From an uncultured Candidatus Saccharibacteria bacterium (GTDB lineage: Bacteria; Patescibacteriota; Minisyncoccia; UBA6257; 2-01-FULL-56-20): DNA of 56,456 nucleotides. The translations under genes were made by a program, and so were the position numbers. Below, in pieces: positions 37,601-46,044 of the stretch. The notes under the pieces are model-generated. The model was not told the origin of the DNA, searched no databases, and saw only the letters and a program-made list of their open reading frames with translations. The stretch covers positions 1 to 56,456 of the forward strand of contig CAYIOP010000004.1 of assembly GCA_964365185.1 (NCBI GenBank), written 5' to 3'. Numbering within the stretch: position 1 is the stretch's first letter; each line of letters opens with the position of its first letter.

Positions 37601-38213
37601 CCCCTCCACTATTGATTGTACAACGAATTTAGAAGGTAGAATTATTCCCGAAGTATCCGGAGAAATTTCTGAAGAAATGCACTTGCCTCTTTGGATAAGA
37701 GAAAATTCAGGAATATTTCAATATCGATTAAATGATCAGGTTCAGTATAATAAACAGGATGGAATAGAAACTCACCCGACTTCAAGAGAATACTTCGCCG
37801 AGCTTATAACTCCAGAATCAACTTATCTTAATGTTAACAATCCTTGGATTGATCCAGAAACCGGCAAATATTGGAACATGTCTATCAGATTCGGAGCTTT
37901 TAATAAATCTGCTTTAAGTAATGATCACGAAAAGTATTACATGAATATGAGGTGGGCCTATTTAGACATTCCCATACCTCAAAGATATGAAGAGGTTAAA
38001 TGGTATTTTGGGAAAAAGGTTTGGATTAAAAATCCAGCGACTAGGAAGGCTGTGGTCGGCGGTATACTGGATTATGGACCCTCGCCAAATGAGGGTGCAG
38101 GTGGAGCATCATTGGAAACTTTACGTGCTATTGGTGCAAAGCATGATGATATTGTGGAGTTTTGCTGGGCAGTCGACCAAAGCGCCCCTTATGGGAGTGT
38201 AGTAAGTTACTAA
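34650..38213 (+). CDS. large secreted transglutaminase-like protein with a possible RlpA/DPBB-like C-terminal domain
   Basis: The start overlaps the upstream stop (ATGA). Signal-like N-terminus and Pro/Ser/Ala linkers. Transglutaminase-core-like segment NYVANNVDYVPYYGSKKGADSTLLEKLGNDFDQASLLIGLLRV. The C-terminus KKVWIKNPATRKAVVGGILDYGPSP..ASLETLRAIG resembles RlpA. Confidence 0.75.
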   Translation: MNKSKIIIVGFLILSFFGSNSGLAALAPAPGNDSEIISKPAPLAPEAPEPKTIIAPPSSGGGIIQPSAPAKTSLPAPDSKTLKSNLDKINENLASFVASKSTKASLSLIQELEKNLSQIQSDLIGLKQELESKNLSSKIIARLDDFQTRYQNQITPIINGLKKGNDAEKEIKSFLQKPEVKIENPTPFRATEFKGEIKKLPVSEFPKTALAQKGDFIKNLVNSTVLKFKEVFNSSDSPASASDSPEPSSASSPAEPRTPNVSPPAPGDTLEAEEIQFTENIRNLATALENDPLTIFNYVANNVDYVPYYGSKKGADSTLLEKLGNDFDQASLLIGLLRVGNGQGQNQTPARYRQATVKLDVGRVMDLLGVEDPIVAATIFEKTGVPYILYADQNQTPQFFVLELTYVEAYVDYDYTRGIIQGNPGATKRWVPLMPFLAKFYKSQYLNVLDEMNFDISVFYENYLNGGYGEQKPIAALKGEIQNYISANHPDLTPEDTYVQTYRSEEDLEFLPLTLPVEVVGDSGAFSAAPENLKHRLEFSVESGDGSQGLLSYISNVSGISNKELTLEYVAATPEDQAVIDSFPTIYDVVPLSLVNVKPVIKVNGEIRSGGGAASPEVQMGRENKLKIIFKSPSKNIGYPVLEKIAETVEKANIAGNVEAIAINTDHIAPPEIRPSADTQSLSAVANQKLYKTAENFLYRLQSSHDELSRITGGRFTNSATRAVVFNGLEVSYQSGEPYSFSWQGLRIDASSLINYYSYFSQNPEHHQKEFMHVFGLEASQDEADIFEDDYNIESISTVKGLKLINQNQIPGIQVKKITSANESEINALGISDSTKTKLRNAVHQGHIVYVPSANFIYQSWNGLIYINIDPATGFGEYIIGEGLNGGYTVEQWPDGWQHFWRDHLIYNLTATIQSPIAGQIFMQDDLIPWQAYYRGDTSVPGLPTEWYDIVNLDFSNAPSGPATLKSGYGTNQSVQIILKGDTVPSTIDCTTNLEGRIIPEVSGEISEEMHLPLWIRENSGIFQYRLNDQVQYNKQDGIETHPTSREYFAELITPESTYLNVNNPWIDPETGKYWNMSIRFGAFNKSALSNDHEKYYMNMRWAYLDIPIPQRYEEVKWYFGKKVWIKNPATRKAVVGGILDYGPSPNEGAGGASLETLRAIGAKHDDIVEFCWAVDQSAPYGSVVSY

Positions 38214-38222
38214 ATTAATAAT

Positions 38223-39035
38223 ATGAAAAAACCTACCTTTGTATTAGGTATTTTACTAACAGTATTACTTATTTTTATTTTCGCTAGCAAAAAACCTAGT
38301 CCTGACCCTAGTGAAAACGCTAATAATCAAATTGTTGAAATAGCACTACAAAAGATTTTTGAAACACAAAATATTAATAAAATATCAGATTTTCAGTACA
38401 TAATAAATAATAAAATTTATTACGCAAGAACCATTGATGATTTAGATAAAAATGGATCGCGAGAGATAGTAGTTATGGAACCGAAAATTGAATCAGGGAA
38501 AATTTATAGATTCTATAGAAAAAACGGCGATAATTTTCAATTCATTGGAGAAGAGGGTTCTGTTATTTGGTATTTTGAAGAAGAAAAAAATAGAGAAATA
38601 GAGCTGATTTTAAAAGACGTAACTGGAGATGGTACATCCGAGATATTTGTCCCATTCGAACAGAACGCTAAAGGTAATAAGTGGTATTCTGTGTTTAGAT
38701 TCTCAAGCATAGAATCAAAACTTGAAAACTTGTTCTTTAACCACTATTCAGAAAATAAGCCGTCTCGAGTAATAAGTTTTGATAACTTAAATTATCAAAA
38801 TAATCGATTAATCGCAGATTGGCACGGAACTTACGAAAGAGGGAAATCGTCTTATCGTCTAGAGAATAATATTTTTATTAGTGAAAAAACTATAGGATTA
38901 TTTGGTCAACCTCGCAGTGAGAATTATGAATATAGAGAAATTAATGAAAGTGGGGACGTAACCTATCAAGAAAAACGAACTGGTAGCGTATGGGTAGATT
39001 CTATAGAAAGAGAAAAATTACCACAGGGTAATTAA
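38223..39035 (+). CDS. secreted or lipoprotein-like hypothetical with FG-GAP/VCBS-like Ca-binding motifs
   Basis: N-terminal TM or signal. DLDKNGSREIVV and DVTGDGTSEIFV. Confidence 0.55.
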   Translation: MKKPTFVLGILLTVLLIFIFASKKPSPDPSENANNQIVEIALQKIFETQNINKISDFQYIINNKIYYARTIDDLDKNGSREIVVMEPKIESGKIYRFYRKNGDNFQFIGEEGSVIWYFEEEKNREIELILKDVTGDGTSEIFVPFEQNAKGNKWYSVFRFSSIESKLENLFFNHYSENKPSRVISFDNLNYQNNRLIADWHGTYERGKSSYRLENNIFISEKTIGLFGQPRSENYEYREINESGDVTYQEKRTGSVWVDSIEREKLPQGN

Positions 39036-39106
39036 TAACAAAAAGGTCGCATTATTAATTTGTCGCTCAATAAAATAAAAACCAATCAAAACACAATAAA
39101 AAAATC

Positions 39107-39745
39107 ATGCGCAAAATTATTTTTCTATCAACAATTATTTTAGCATCGGCCATTTTTATCTCTTCGGTCAGCGCCGAAACTTTCACTAAAGATTTGAAAT
39201 TTGGTATGCAAGCCGACCAAGACATTCGTCTTCTCCAGGAATTCTTGAAAAGCGAAAATCTCTATACTGGACCCGTCACAGGTAATTTCTTCAACTTAAC
39301 TCAAAAAGCCGTTATTGATTTTCAAAAGCGAGAAGGAATTGTACCCGCTTCTGGTTATTTAGGACCAAAAACACGAGCTAAAATAAACATTTCCCCAATT
39401 CAAAAAGATGTCTCAATTGGGCTAAATCAACCGACATCGTTTAAACTCCAATCCACCGAAACTCCAACCTCAATCTCCATCCAAAAAATCGAGACCAATC
39501 CTTCTGCTTTACAGACACAACTTAATTCGCTCCTGGAACAGGTAAAAATACTTCAGCAGCAAGTTCAAGCCCAACAATCAATCAATCCACAAAATCTAAC
39601 CGTTCAGCAGGGCCAATCGATGTATATTCCGGTCTCAACACCGCAACCGACCATTCAAAACCCGCCTCCAAGCCAACCTCAAACGCCCACTTCCTCAACC
39701 CGTCCATTCGGCACTGTCGTTCCGGGGAATATTATTATTCTTTAA
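39107..39745 (+). CDS. secreted peptidoglycan-binding domain protein
   Basis: Signal peptide, a PG_binding_1-like segment (IRLLQEFLKSENLYTGPVTGNFFNLTQKAVIDFQKREGI..GYLGPKT), and a Q/P-rich tail. Confidence 0.75.
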   Translation: MRKIIFLSTIILASAIFISSVSAETFTKDLKFGMQADQDIRLLQEFLKSENLYTGPVTGNFFNLTQKAVIDFQKREGIVPASGYLGPKTRAKINISPIQKDVSIGLNQPTSFKLQSTETPTSISIQKIETNPSALQTQLNSLLEQVKILQQQVQAQQSINPQNLTVQQGQSMYIPVSTPQPTIQNPPPSQPQTPTSSTRPFGTVVPGNIIIL

Positions 39746-39792
39746 TAAATCCGAAATTACGAAATTCGCTTAATCCCTAAAAACTTTCTTCG

Positions 39793-40101
39793 ATGGAAGT
39801 TGAATCAAAAGAAAAAATCTTTGAGCGGCGGAAAGAAATAGAGAAGGAGCTTTTGGAGATGCTTAAAGAAAGCGGTAGTGATTTTGGAATTGAGGATATT
39901 AAAGACGTTATTTATAACGAGAAGGACTCTGATGATATGACGAAGGTCGTCGCGATGTTTGATCGCGGCGGCGATGCTTCGGAATTGAGCAATATTCTTG
40001 AATTAGTAACTGACGCTTGGAATTATTTTCCGCACAAAATTATCGGCGGCATATCTCCGGCCGAGAAATTGCTTGAATATAAGAAAGAAGAAAAGGGGTG
40101 A
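39793..40101 (+). CDS. acidic hypothetical protein (102 aa)
   Basis: Intact ORF. I recognise no family. Confidence 0.45.
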   Translation: MEVESKEKIFERRKEIEKELLEMLKESGSDFGIEDIKDVIYNEKDSDDMTKVVAMFDRGGDASELSNILELVTDAWNYFPHKIIGGISPAEKLLEYKKEEKG

Positions 40102-40136
40102 TGAGTAGGTATTATGTAGCCGCCTTTTTTGTTTGA

Positions 40137-40172
40137 AAACATTCTCACATTCTTAAGAATGTGAGAATGTTT
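40137..40172. repeat. 36-nt perfect palindrome (AAACATTCTCACATTCTT|AAGAATGTGAGAATGTTT)
   Basis: Same arm family as 31350-31406 (AACATTCnnACATTCT). It sits at the left edge of the LexA-methylase module. Confidence 0.75.
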
Positions 40173-40305
40173 CGGTACGGAGTTGGTTGACACCCCATTA
40201 AAACAGAGTAAATTAAGAATGAAATTAAAAGTAATCCTTCGTCGCTAATGGCTCCTCAGGACGATTGATTTTCTGAATTCATTCTTTATTAACAAAATCT
40301 AATCG

Positions 40306-40596
40306 ATGAATAAAACCGCTGAGATTATAAAATCAATTGCGTTGCTTTTAATACCGCTCGTTATTGGCATTGGCGGGTGGGTGGTTCAGACCTCGATTCA
40401 ACACTCAAATCTTGACCGCGATTATGTTCAAATCGCGATTTCAATTTTGCAAGATAAGGACTCAAGCCAAGATCTTCGGGCTTGGGCCACGGATATTTTA
40501 AATAAAAAATCTCCCGTTCCGCTTAAGCAAATACTGGTTAATGATTTAATAATGGGTTCAAGCTCTCTGCCTTCTATGATTATTCTTTCAAAGTAA
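40306..40596 (+). CDS. small membrane-anchored hypothetical (96 aa)
   Basis: N-terminal TM. It lies 4 nt upstream of the next ORF, so probably the same operon. Confidence 0.45.
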   Translation: MNKTAEIIKSIALLLIPLVIGIGGWVVQTSIQHSNLDRDYVQIAISILQDKDSSQDLRAWATDILNKKSPVPLKQILVNDLIMGSSSLPSMIILSK

Positions 40597-40600
40597 TAAT

Positions 40601-41575
40601 ATGAATCAAAATTCCTCAATAGGAATTGATTACGGTGCTTTACTAAAGAAATACCCTTGGGTAGTTGAGCGTGATCAGGATTGTATTTTAAGTCCAGATA
40701 GCGATGGCCTTCTGTGCGGTTTATTTATGTCTCATTATTTAGGGTGGAAGATTCGCGGATTTTATGACGGCAAAGTTCTTGTTGTTGAAGAAGATATTAA
40801 TCATAAAAAATGTATTTTCTTAGACATGGAAATATTTCGTTCAGGTATTCGTAGCGTTGGACAGCATATGGTTATGTACGACAAGGCAGATTTGCCACTA
40901 AATTGGAATAATTTTGAAAACTCTATAGCGGCGAATAATTTAAGAAATTATGATTTCAAGAATGATTTCAAATCCAAATATCCGTTTGGAACAATTCATA
41001 TTTTACTTTCTATTCTAGGTCAAAATCGCAGCATTTCAATTGCAAAAAAAGCAGTAAGTCCGCTGTTATATACTGATGGGACTTTCAAGAATCAATTTAA
41101 TTACCCAGAAAATTGTTTGGGTTGGTTGGATTTCTTGGGCGTAGATAGTGCAAACAATCCCCTCCAAAAAGTATTTTTAGATCGGCATTATTCAACATAT
41201 GAATTGATGATTGAGTTGAAGGATTTATTTTCAAAAATCAACGTTATCGGTGGAGGAAAGCGTGGTGGCGACAAGATTAAGATTTCCGATTCTCGGGGGA
41301 ATATAACCAATATCGATTCTCACACGCATCAATTAAAAACAACTACAAAAACGCAGGCCGAAACATTTTTGAGAATGCTTGCGGATAAAACAGGATGGGC
41401 ATTTACACCTACTCATTGGTCTTGGGGTCCTTATCGGATCGCTACCTTTAAAAAGGGTAGCGTAAAGCCAGGAAAAGCACGCTATAATTCACTCCTTGCT
41501 CAAAACCCCATATCTTTAGCGATTATTAGCAGGAACAGTATTGAATTTACAATTGACAGCAAAAAAGTTTTTTAA
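40601..41575 (+). CDS. hypothetical 324-aa protein, positional candidate for the nuclease/effector partner of the adjacent methyltransferase
   Basis: I recognise no family. It is convergent with the methylase gene and their stop codons overlap (41572-41575). Confidence 0.55.
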   Translation: MNQNSSIGIDYGALLKKYPWVVERDQDCILSPDSDGLLCGLFMSHYLGWKIRGFYDGKVLVVEEDINHKKCIFLDMEIFRSGIRSVGQHMVMYDKADLPLNWNNFENSIAANNLRNYDFKNDFKSKYPFGTIHILLSILGQNRSISIAKKAVSPLLYTDGTFKNQFNYPENCLGWLDFLGVDSANNPLQKVFLDRHYSTYELMIELKDLFSKINVIGGGKRGGDKIKISDSRGNITNIDSHTHQLKTTTKTQAETFLRMLADKTGWAFTPTHWSWGPYRIATFKKGSVKPGKARYNSLLAQNPISLAIISRNSIEFTIDSKKVF

Positions 41576-43023
41576 AACATTCTACTTGATGTTTGAGCGC
41601 ACTCTTCTTTTATCCGTTTTTCGGCAATAGCGCAGTAGTCAGGCGCGATGTCAATTCCAATATATTTGTAGCCTAAATTTTTTGCCGCAACGGCAGTTGT
41701 GCCACTTCCAATAAAAGGATCTAATACAACTCCGTTTTTTGGAGTAAAACAACTAATAAAATCATATGGAAGTTGATTTGGAAAAGTGGCCGGGTGCTGA
41801 TGTTTTAGGCGGCTTCCGTCGCCAGCTGTTAGGTATTCCCAAATAGTTCCGCGACATTTCATTAGGTTAATTTTAATAGAGCGTGTATCTATACGAATTC
41901 CATTTGTAAGACGGGTGCCTCCCCCAGTCATTGTTTTGCCGCCGTGTTTTGAAGGAATTTTTAGATGTTCTTTGTTGAAATGTTGTGGTCTCTCACCTTT
42001 TAAAAATATCGGAACATACTCATGATCAACACGGAATCTTTTATTCCACCACGCGCCCTCTGCTCCATATTTACGATAAATCACGGTTTCGAAAAGCTTG
42101 AAGCCAAAACTATCACACCAATCAACTATTGTCCTAAAAGAGGTTAGCGATTTTCCAAAGTTTTTTGTTTGATCTTGAATTACCATAGCCACCACTCCGC
42201 CGTTTTTTAGAACCCGATATATTTCTTTGCCAGATGCGTGTAGATCAAGGGAAAATCCTTTGTAATCACGAACCGCATCGTACGGAGGAGAGGTAATCAC
42301 TATGTCTATTGAATTTGAAGGAAACTTTTTCATTACTTCCACTGCGTCACCGCATATAATTTTATTCAGTGGAAGATCATTGTATTTCTCTTGTTTTTTA
42401 TATTCTGGTAATTCGATTGTAGAATTTCCTTCCTCCCGAATCACATCAATCACTATTCCCTGTATCGCAACATCCCGACCATTTCGGAATATGAGTGGCT
42501 CCATATTTTTATTGGCTGGTTGTAGGCGTATATATCCTCGCTCTTTATAAAATTTCTTAAGCGTCGCTCCGTGATTATCTATCAAAGCAACTACTTTTTG
42601 GCCATTCTCAGCGGTCTCTTGTTGACGCACTAAAACAATATCGCCATCGTTGATATTTTCATCAACCATACTATTTCCAACTACTCGGAGAGCATAAATT
42701 TCAGATGAGGCGGGGACTTTACTTTTTGGTACCGCAATCGTTTCTCTATCTTGAATTGCTTCAATAGGTTGTCCGGCGGAAATAGTACCTAAAAGTGGAA
42801 TCTTCATCATTGTCTCGTTGCCTAAGGCCTTGATAGATCGCGGTTTGTTTTCTCCTTTCGATAAATATCCCAAGTCACGGAGTTTGGAGACATGGAAATG
42901 GGCAGTTGAAACAGAGGCAAGTTTGAATTTCTTGCGTATCTCGTGAAGCGTGGGGGAGTACCCTTTTCGCCCTTGATAATCAGTTATAAAATCCAGGACT
43001 TGTTTTTGCTTTTTTGTTACCAT
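41572..43023 (-). CDS. LexA-type repressor (wHTH + S24 self-cleaving peptidase) fused to a beta-class N4/N6 DNA methyltransferase
   Basis: N-terminal part: KQKQVLDFI..GYSPTLHEI..HVSKLRDLGYL, cleavage site LLGTISAGQP, Ser in VVGNSMVD, Lys in ATLKKF. C-terminal part: motif IV IVITSPPYD then motif I VLDPFIGSGTTAVAA. Confidence 0.85.
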   Translation of the reverse strand: MVTKKQKQVLDFITDYQGRKGYSPTLHEIRKKFKLASVSTAHFHVSKLRDLGYLSKGENKPRSIKALGNETMMKIPLLGTISAGQPIEAIQDRETIAVPKSKVPASSEIYALRVVGNSMVDENINDGDIVLVRQQETAENGQKVVALIDNHGATLKKFYKERGYIRLQPANKNMEPLIFRNGRDVAIQGIVIDVIREEGNSTIELPEYKKQEKYNDLPLNKIICGDAVEVMKKFPSNSIDIVITSPPYDAVRDYKGFSLDLHASGKEIYRVLKNGGVVAMVIQDQTKNFGKSLTSFRTIVDWCDSFGFKLFETVIYRKYGAEGAWWNKRFRVDHEYVPIFLKGERPQHFNKEHLKIPSKHGGKTMTGGGTRLTNGIRIDTRSIKINLMKCRGTIWEYLTAGDGSRLKHQHPATFPNQLPYDFISCFTPKNGVVLDPFIGSGTTAVAAKNLGYKYIGIDIAPDYCAIAEKRIKEECAQTSSRMF

Positions 43024-43112
43024 ATTGATATTATAGAAAATAAATAGAAAGTGTAAAAGTAGTAGTTATCCACAAAATAGAGTAAATTAAAACCATATTA
43101 GCATGAATCTTT

Positions 43113-43829
43113 ATGAATAGTAGGTCTAAAAAACCAGGAGGTATTAAGAATAATCTAATTCAATTAGCACAAGATTTTGCAATAGAATTTCCTAAAATTT
43201 TAGATCCAGCGATTATAAATGATCCAATTATTCCTCTTACTAAAATACTACAGAATTTAGCCACCAGAACAATTTCAAGATTTTTAAGTGATTACAGGAG
43301 TCAAAAAGAATTAAATAAAGTGAAAACCAAATCTTTTGTTACTAATAAACCAAAAGCTTCCTTAATTGATCTCATCAAATTTATTGGTAAAGAAATTCCA
43401 GATGAAGATCGAATGAAAATTCTCAAATCCATTTTTTTCTCTGGTATAAGCAAAAATGCAACTGAACAAGACGAAATATTTGCTTATGAATTTTTACAAA
43501 CTGCAAAAAGATTAAATGCGACAGAAATTTTAATACTAAAAGCAAATTTTGAAATAGCGCAAAACAAATTTTCAGAAGCAGTTTTGAAGCAAGGAATAGA
43601 ACATGGTAAACGAGGTCGCAAAGCTTGGAGAAGAGTCATAGCTCAGCAAATGGGCTATGGCGATATGGATTCAGTTGTTTTAAAATACGAAAATAATTTA
43701 GAATCTTTAGGATTAATATCATCAAGATATGAAATGGATCGTTTGCAACATGAATTTGAACCAACATTAAAATTTCGTCTTACTGAAATGGGGTATAAAT
43801 TTTGTGAATTTATGACGCAATATGAATAA
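43113..43829 (+). CDS. hypothetical 238-aa protein, divergent from the LexA-methylase gene
   Basis: Intact ORF sharing an 89-bp intergenic region with 41572-43023. I recognise no family. Confidence 0.55.
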   Translation: MNSRSKKPGGIKNNLIQLAQDFAIEFPKILDPAIINDPIIPLTKILQNLATRTISRFLSDYRSQKELNKVKTKSFVTNKPKASLIDLIKFIGKEIPDEDRMKILKSIFFSGISKNATEQDEIFAYEFLQTAKRLNATEILILKANFEIAQNKFSEAVLKQGIEHGKRGRKAWRRVIAQQMGYGDMDSVVLKYENNLESLGLISSRYEMDRLQHEFEPTLKFRLTEMGYKFCEFMTQYE

Positions 43830-43942
43830 TAACAGCAAATTTAAATCGAAAATTTTAAGTAGTAAGTGTTTACCCCCAACCCCAAACATACTATAATAAA
43901 ACAAAGGTCAGTTTCATTATTTTAAATTTTTTAAAAAAATTT

Positions 43943-44275
43943 ATGTCCAATATACTTTTAGTGATTATTTTTGGGTTTGTAGGCGGAGCAGTTAGGGGAC
44001 TGGTCGGCTATCTTAAATACCGCAGTTCCTATAAAAACACCGCGTTTATGTTTAACTATTTTGCCCTTAGCGTTGGCATCTCGGGCGCGGTGGGGTTAAT
44101 CGCCGCTTGGGTGACCAAGGACTTGGGTATTTCGTTTTTGGGTCTGCCATCAATTACACCGGCTTTGGCCATAGTTATCGGCTACGCAGGCGGCGACTTT
44201 ATCGAAAACCTGTTTAAAATCATCACTGGCAAAACTACGATTTTTGAATTTAAGGTTACCCTGCCCAAAAATTAA
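43943..44275 (+). CDS. hypothetical 3-TM membrane protein
   Basis: Gly-rich hydrophobic helices and a terminator downstream. Confidence 0.5.
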   Translation: MSNILLVIIFGFVGGAVRGLVGYLKYRSSYKNTAFMFNYFALSVGISGAVGLIAAWVTKDLGISFLGLPSITPALAIVIGYAGGDFIENLFKIITGKTTIFEFKVTLPKN

Positions 44276-44298
44276 AATAGAAATATTGATAGGGATAT

Positions 44299-44337
44299 AA
44301 AAAACCGGTCATTCATTTTAGAATACCGGTTTTTTTG
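44299..44337. terminator. bidirectional intrinsic terminator
   Basis: AAAAAACCGGT..ACCGGTTTTTTT, lying between convergent genes. Confidence 0.7.
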
Positions 44338-44352
44338 TTTTGTTTCCGTGGA

Positions 44353-44547
44353 TCACTTTACGCGATTTTTGTTGCCAGATTCAAGCAGTGGTACAAAAAT
44401 TCGCAGAACAAGAAAGGCCACTAGGAACATCGCAACGCCAGTCATTAGAAATGCTTCCGGCGTCGGCATCCCATTTCCCAAAGCGAGCAAGACAACGGAA
44501 ACCACGGTAATGCCAAAACTGTAGAGTAGGGCTTTTTTGGTAGTCAT
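44353..44547 (-). CDS. small 2-TM membrane protein, hypothetical
   Basis: A 64-aa hydrophobic ORF. Confidence 0.4.
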   Translation of the reverse strand: MTTKKALLYSFGITVVSVVLLALGNGMPTPEAFLMTGVAMFLVAFLVLRIFVPLLESGNKNRVK

Positions 44548-44598
44548 TCAATCACCTCGCTGTTTTATAGATTTTCTATTTTTATTATTATGATATAT

Positions 44599-44889
44599 TT
44601 AACTATTTGTCAACCCATTTTTGAAAATGTATTTTGTCCAAACTCTTTTGAAAAAAGGTAGCGCTAAAGTTGAAAGCATAAACCCAACTGCAGGAACAAT
44701 TGCATTTAACCAGGCATTTGAAATGTTGATTGCGTCCAAGTAAATTCCGACAGCTAGATAAGTAAAAGTCGTTAATAAGATTCGGCGCGTGTAGCTTGTC
44801 TCCCAGATTTTATCTGATTCAACTCGTTTATTACGTTCTTTGATTAATTCTATTTCTCGTTTTATCTCAGGTAGATTATTTTCGTCCAT
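44599..44889 (-). CDS. small membrane protein, hypothetical
   Basis: Charged N-terminus (EIKREIELIKERNKRVESDKIWETSYTRR) followed by two TM helices. Confidence 0.5.
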   Translation of the reverse strand: MDENNLPEIKREIELIKERNKRVESDKIWETSYTRRILLTTFTYLAVGIYLDAINISNAWLNAIVPAVGFMLSTLALPFFKRVWTKYIFKNGLTNS

Positions 44890-44979
44890 TAATACAATTA
44901 TACACTAAAAAATCAGCCCGAGCGCGCTTTTGCTTGCTCGGGCTTTTTTTAATACTCCAAACGGCGTAAAATTAAATAA

Positions 44980-46026
44980 ATGGAAATCTCCAAACTGCCG
45001 GAGTTTGATAATCACGAACTAGTTTCATACTTCAACGACTCCGAAACCGGCTTGCGAGGATTTGTTGCGATTCATAATTCTAATTTAGGTCCAGCGGTTG
45101 GAGGCACGCGTTATTTTAATTACAAATCAAAAGAGGAAGCGCTCCGCGATGTTTTGCGGCTATCGGAGGCCATGACTTATAAATGCGCTTTGGCCGGCGC
45201 GCCACACGGCGGCGGCAAGGCGGTGATTATGGCCAATCCTAAATTTCCGAAAACAACTAAATTTTTAAACGCCTTCGCCGGACAAATTAATTTACTCAAA
45301 GGTTCTTTTTATACCGGCGAAGACGTTGGCATTACCCAACAAGATGTAAACATTTTGAGTAAAAAAAGTCCCTTTCTGATTGGACACCAAAACTTAGCTG
45401 GCGACCCGAGCCCCTGGGCGGCGCTCGGGGTTTTTTATTCTATGCAGGCCGCTTTGAAATCTGTTTTTGGGAGCGATAAATTTTACGGCCGGAGTTTTGC
45501 GATTAAAGGCTTGGGCAAAGTTGGCTATCATCTTTTGGAATTGATTTATAAAGCTGGTGGAAGAGATATTTTTGTGGCGGATATTGATAAAACCGTATTG
45601 CGAAAAACTAAAAGGTGTTTTTCAATGGTTAAAATTGTGGCGCCCGCAACTATTTACAAACAAAAAGTGGATGTTTACGCGCCCTGCGCGATGGGCATTG
45701 ATTTGACTGAGAACAATGTTAAAGATTTGAAATGTAAAATAATTTGTGGGGGCGCCAATAATCAACTGGCCCACAATAAAGTGGGCGATAGTATTTATAG
45801 AAGGCGGATTTTGTATGTTCCTGATTATATTGCTAATTCCGGCGGGCTTATTAATGTTGTGAGCGAACTTAGAAAAGGCGGCTTCAGTCGCAAATGGGTT
45901 ATAGATAAAACTAAGGCCATTCGGCGAACAACTCAAAAAATCATTAACCTATCCAAGAAACTCAAAAAATCGCCAGATATAGTGGCCGATTTAATGGCCG
46001 AGAGAATCTTCCAAAAAAGCCGATAA
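44980..46026 (+). CDS. Leu/Phe/Val (Glu/Leu/Phe/Val family) amino-acid dehydrogenase
   Basis: GPAVGGTRYFNY..LRLSEAMTYKCALAGAPHGGGKAVI, and a Rossmann segment IKGLGKVGYHL. Confidence 0.85.
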   Translation: MEISKLPEFDNHELVSYFNDSETGLRGFVAIHNSNLGPAVGGTRYFNYKSKEEALRDVLRLSEAMTYKCALAGAPHGGGKAVIMANPKFPKTTKFLNAFAGQINLLKGSFYTGEDVGITQQDVNILSKKSPFLIGHQNLAGDPSPWAALGVFYSMQAALKSVFGSDKFYGRSFAIKGLGKVGYHLLELIYKAGGRDIFVADIDKTVLRKTKRCFSMVKIVAPATIYKQKVDVYAPCAMGIDLTENNVKDLKCKIICGGANNQLAHNKVGDSIYRRRILYVPDYIANSGGLINVVSELRKGGFSRKWVIDKTKAIRRTTQKIINLSKKLKKSPDIVADLMAERIFQKSR

Positions 46027-46044
46027 GATTATATAATTAATCTT

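Noticed and set aside
43024-43112. A LexA-box-like palindrome in the divergent control region of the LexA-methylase gene.
   Set aside because: I found no convincing inverted repeat. There is only a direct repeat, ATAGAAA twice with starts 11 nt apart, and the operator consensus for this lineage is unknown, so I make no call.
45622-45936. 104-aa minus-strand ORF.
   Set aside because: It is antisense to the amino-acid dehydrogenase gene, so it is a shadow ORF.
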